Assembly: GCA_905178155.1 (NCBI GenBank)
Contig: CAJINV010000004.1
Span: 6,302,828 to 6,366,827, forward strand
From: Amoebophrya sp. A120
Lineage: Eukaryota > Protista > Dinoflagellata
Direction of reading: 5' to 3'
DNA length: 64,000 nucleotides
Shown: positions 62,401 to 64,000 of the stretch, piece by piece
Layout: each line of letters begins with the position of its first letter
Position numbering within the stretch: position 1 is the first letter of the stretch
The notes under the pieces: generated by a model
The model's input: only the letters and a program-made list of their open reading frames with translations
Database searches by the model: none
What the model was told of the DNA's origin: nothing
Made by a program: the position numbers and the translations under genes

Positions 62401-63591
62401 TCCGTGTCGTACCGGAAATGTTGACCGGTGAAGATGGAAAGATCGCCCTCTATTTCTCCTTCCGCGGCGATGAAAAAGGCTTGCGAAGCTGGTTCTTTTT
62501 CTGTGGGAAAAACGCCGCCGATTTTTCCCACGCGGGCGGAGCGCCGGGTGGTAAATGTCTTCGTTTTCCGCAGTACCCTCGCCCAGCTTCTCGACGACGT
62601 CGATGTCGTCTTTGAAAGGAAAGTGCTCCTTTTCGCGACCAACGTCCTTGCGACGCGGGAAGGTTTTTGTTGTACTTGCGGCTGTAGTTTTCTCTACAAC
62701 TACACCTTCGTGACCGTTTCCTTGCAACAGAAGTTTTTGTTTTCTTTCTGGGGTAGAAGTGGTGCCGTTGACATCGGGGGAATGATCCCTCGACTTTGAA
62801 CGACGTTTTAAAGATGACTTTCTCGTCCTTTTCGATGAACCTTCCGTCGAAGAAGCAGTTTTTCTGCACTTTTTCACCGCCACGTGAAGTTGCTGCAATG
62901 CCGCAGAATCCGTCTTCGCCACCGGCAGCCCCAGTTTCTCTGGACAGGACGCCTTCAGCACCTCCGTGGTCATTTCCGCCTCCTGTTCAGCGTCTTTCAG
63001 TTCCTTCCGCAATTCCTCGCTCTTCTTGCTGCATTCCACTCTTCCCCTCGCGGCTTCGTCCTCGGTGCGCGCGAGCTCGCGCTCCTTTTGGGCCTTGTCC
63101 CCCTGCGTTTCGAGCAGCGACGCGGTGGCGCGGGCAAGTTTGGTCTGTGTGTCCTGCACGACTACGTCCAGCTGTCGCAGCTTCTCCGCGGTCTGTTGCG
63201 CGTTCTGTTTGCAATCCGTTTTGCGCGCGGTGAATTCCTCCCAACTATTCGATAACATCTTGTTCAACGAGTTGAGCCCGGACAAATCGACCGCTTGGTT
63301 TTCTTGCTCCATGCTGCTATTCTCCCCTTGGAGATAGTTCAATTTGTTGCGCTTGTGGTGCCTGTGCTGGTGGTCATGGTGAAACCGGAGCTTCGCGGGG
63401 AAGCCAGTTACTACTACACAACGACTTTGAAGCAGGGAGAGAAGCAGTCCCGTAGTTGCTGGACGAGCACGGGAGAAGGACCACCTCATCTGTCGCGAGG
63501 TCATGCTGTTCAACGCATCCATGTTACGTGCGGTCCCAGTGGCAAGGCCCGGACCCGGCAAATCGCCGCTCGCGGTGCCTCCACCCAGCAT
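59455..63591 (-). CDS. Coiled-coil + thrombospondin type-1 repeats + von Willebrand A domain protein (~1,155 aa), probably secreted
   Basis: TSR motifs DCEVSDWSDWSECSAHCGSG and DCQLSDWTSWDTCSQTCGSGLQVRRR; vWA start KADLVILLDVS. GT-AG intron 61239-61368 plus two introners; exon sum 3,468 nt, in frame. The start ATG is uncertain (63591, 63522 or 63489). Confidence 0.8.
60200..60466. mobile_element. Introner element (family A, 267 bp), TSD CCAAC/CCAAA
   Basis: Family A TIR; removal restores the vWA strand KADL-VILLD. Confidence 0.92.
60882..61143. mobile_element. Introner element (family A, 262 bp, body inverted), TSD CGCAC
   Basis: Family A TIR and perfect TSD; removal restores the TSR CGSGVR-HRVR. 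Confidence 0.92.
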
Positions 63592-64000
63592 GCTGGTGAG
63601 CGCGACCACCGCGCGCTCGAAATTTCGGTTGACTTCTCACATGCAGTGACGGTGTTCTCGGGCGGTCGACTCTTCCATGGTGAAAACGTACCTCTATTAT
63701 TTTCCCTAAATAGGTGGCATTGTGCTTTGATACATCCTTTCGTCCAGTGATCCCAGATGACGAAGACAACCTTTCACAAGATGTTTTGAACAAAGGCAGG
63801 CCTCTCATCAGTTGCACCATTCTCGCTCCTCGTGCCTGCAGTACAGAGACACTCAAGAACAAAACAGCGTCTGCACACCGAGCGCAGAGGCTGCACACGA
63901 GGACGTGGCCGAAGAAAATTATGCTGAAGTTCGTTTTCATCTTCTAGAAGTCGTGTGATTCTTTGCTATCTCGATCGTCCGGGGCTCTTTCTAGTATTGT

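Noticed and set aside
1-64000. Dinoflagellate spliced-leader relics, tRNA or rRNA genes
   Set aside because: No CCGTAGCCATTTTGGCTCAAG match or convincing RNA gene was seen by eye; a covariance-model scan would be needed to exclude them.

Overview
Compact eukaryotic protist DNA. It is most consistent with an alveolate such as the parasitic dinoflagellate Amoebophrya (inferred from intron architecture, not searched). About ten protein-coding genes lie on the minus strand: a ~2,900-aa protein with a possible MED14-like N-terminus, a membrane-anchored Q/P-rich protein, a CCHC/C2H2 zinc-finger protein, a ~3,900-aa repeat protein, a multi-Myb protein, a helical-repeat protein, an actin-like protein, PRP38, RPB6 and a coiled-coil/TSP1/vWA protein. 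The main hidden structure is 21 MITE-like introner elements of 151-313 bp in about six families. Each runs TAT...ATA, carries terminal inverted repeats and has a 5-bp target-site duplication (15 perfect). All sit inside coding exons, and removing the element plus one TSD copy restores the reading frame every time. Twenty of the 21 cannot be read as GT-AG in any register, and the main family occurs in both orientations. Ordinary GT-AG introns coexist in the same genes. Separately, a 1,358-bp non-coding TIR element with 6-bp TSDs and an internal 13-bp-periodic array occurs twice (516-1873 and 45225-46582), each time inside a GC-rich intergenic island. No rRNA, tRNA, CRISPR array or spliced leader was recognised.
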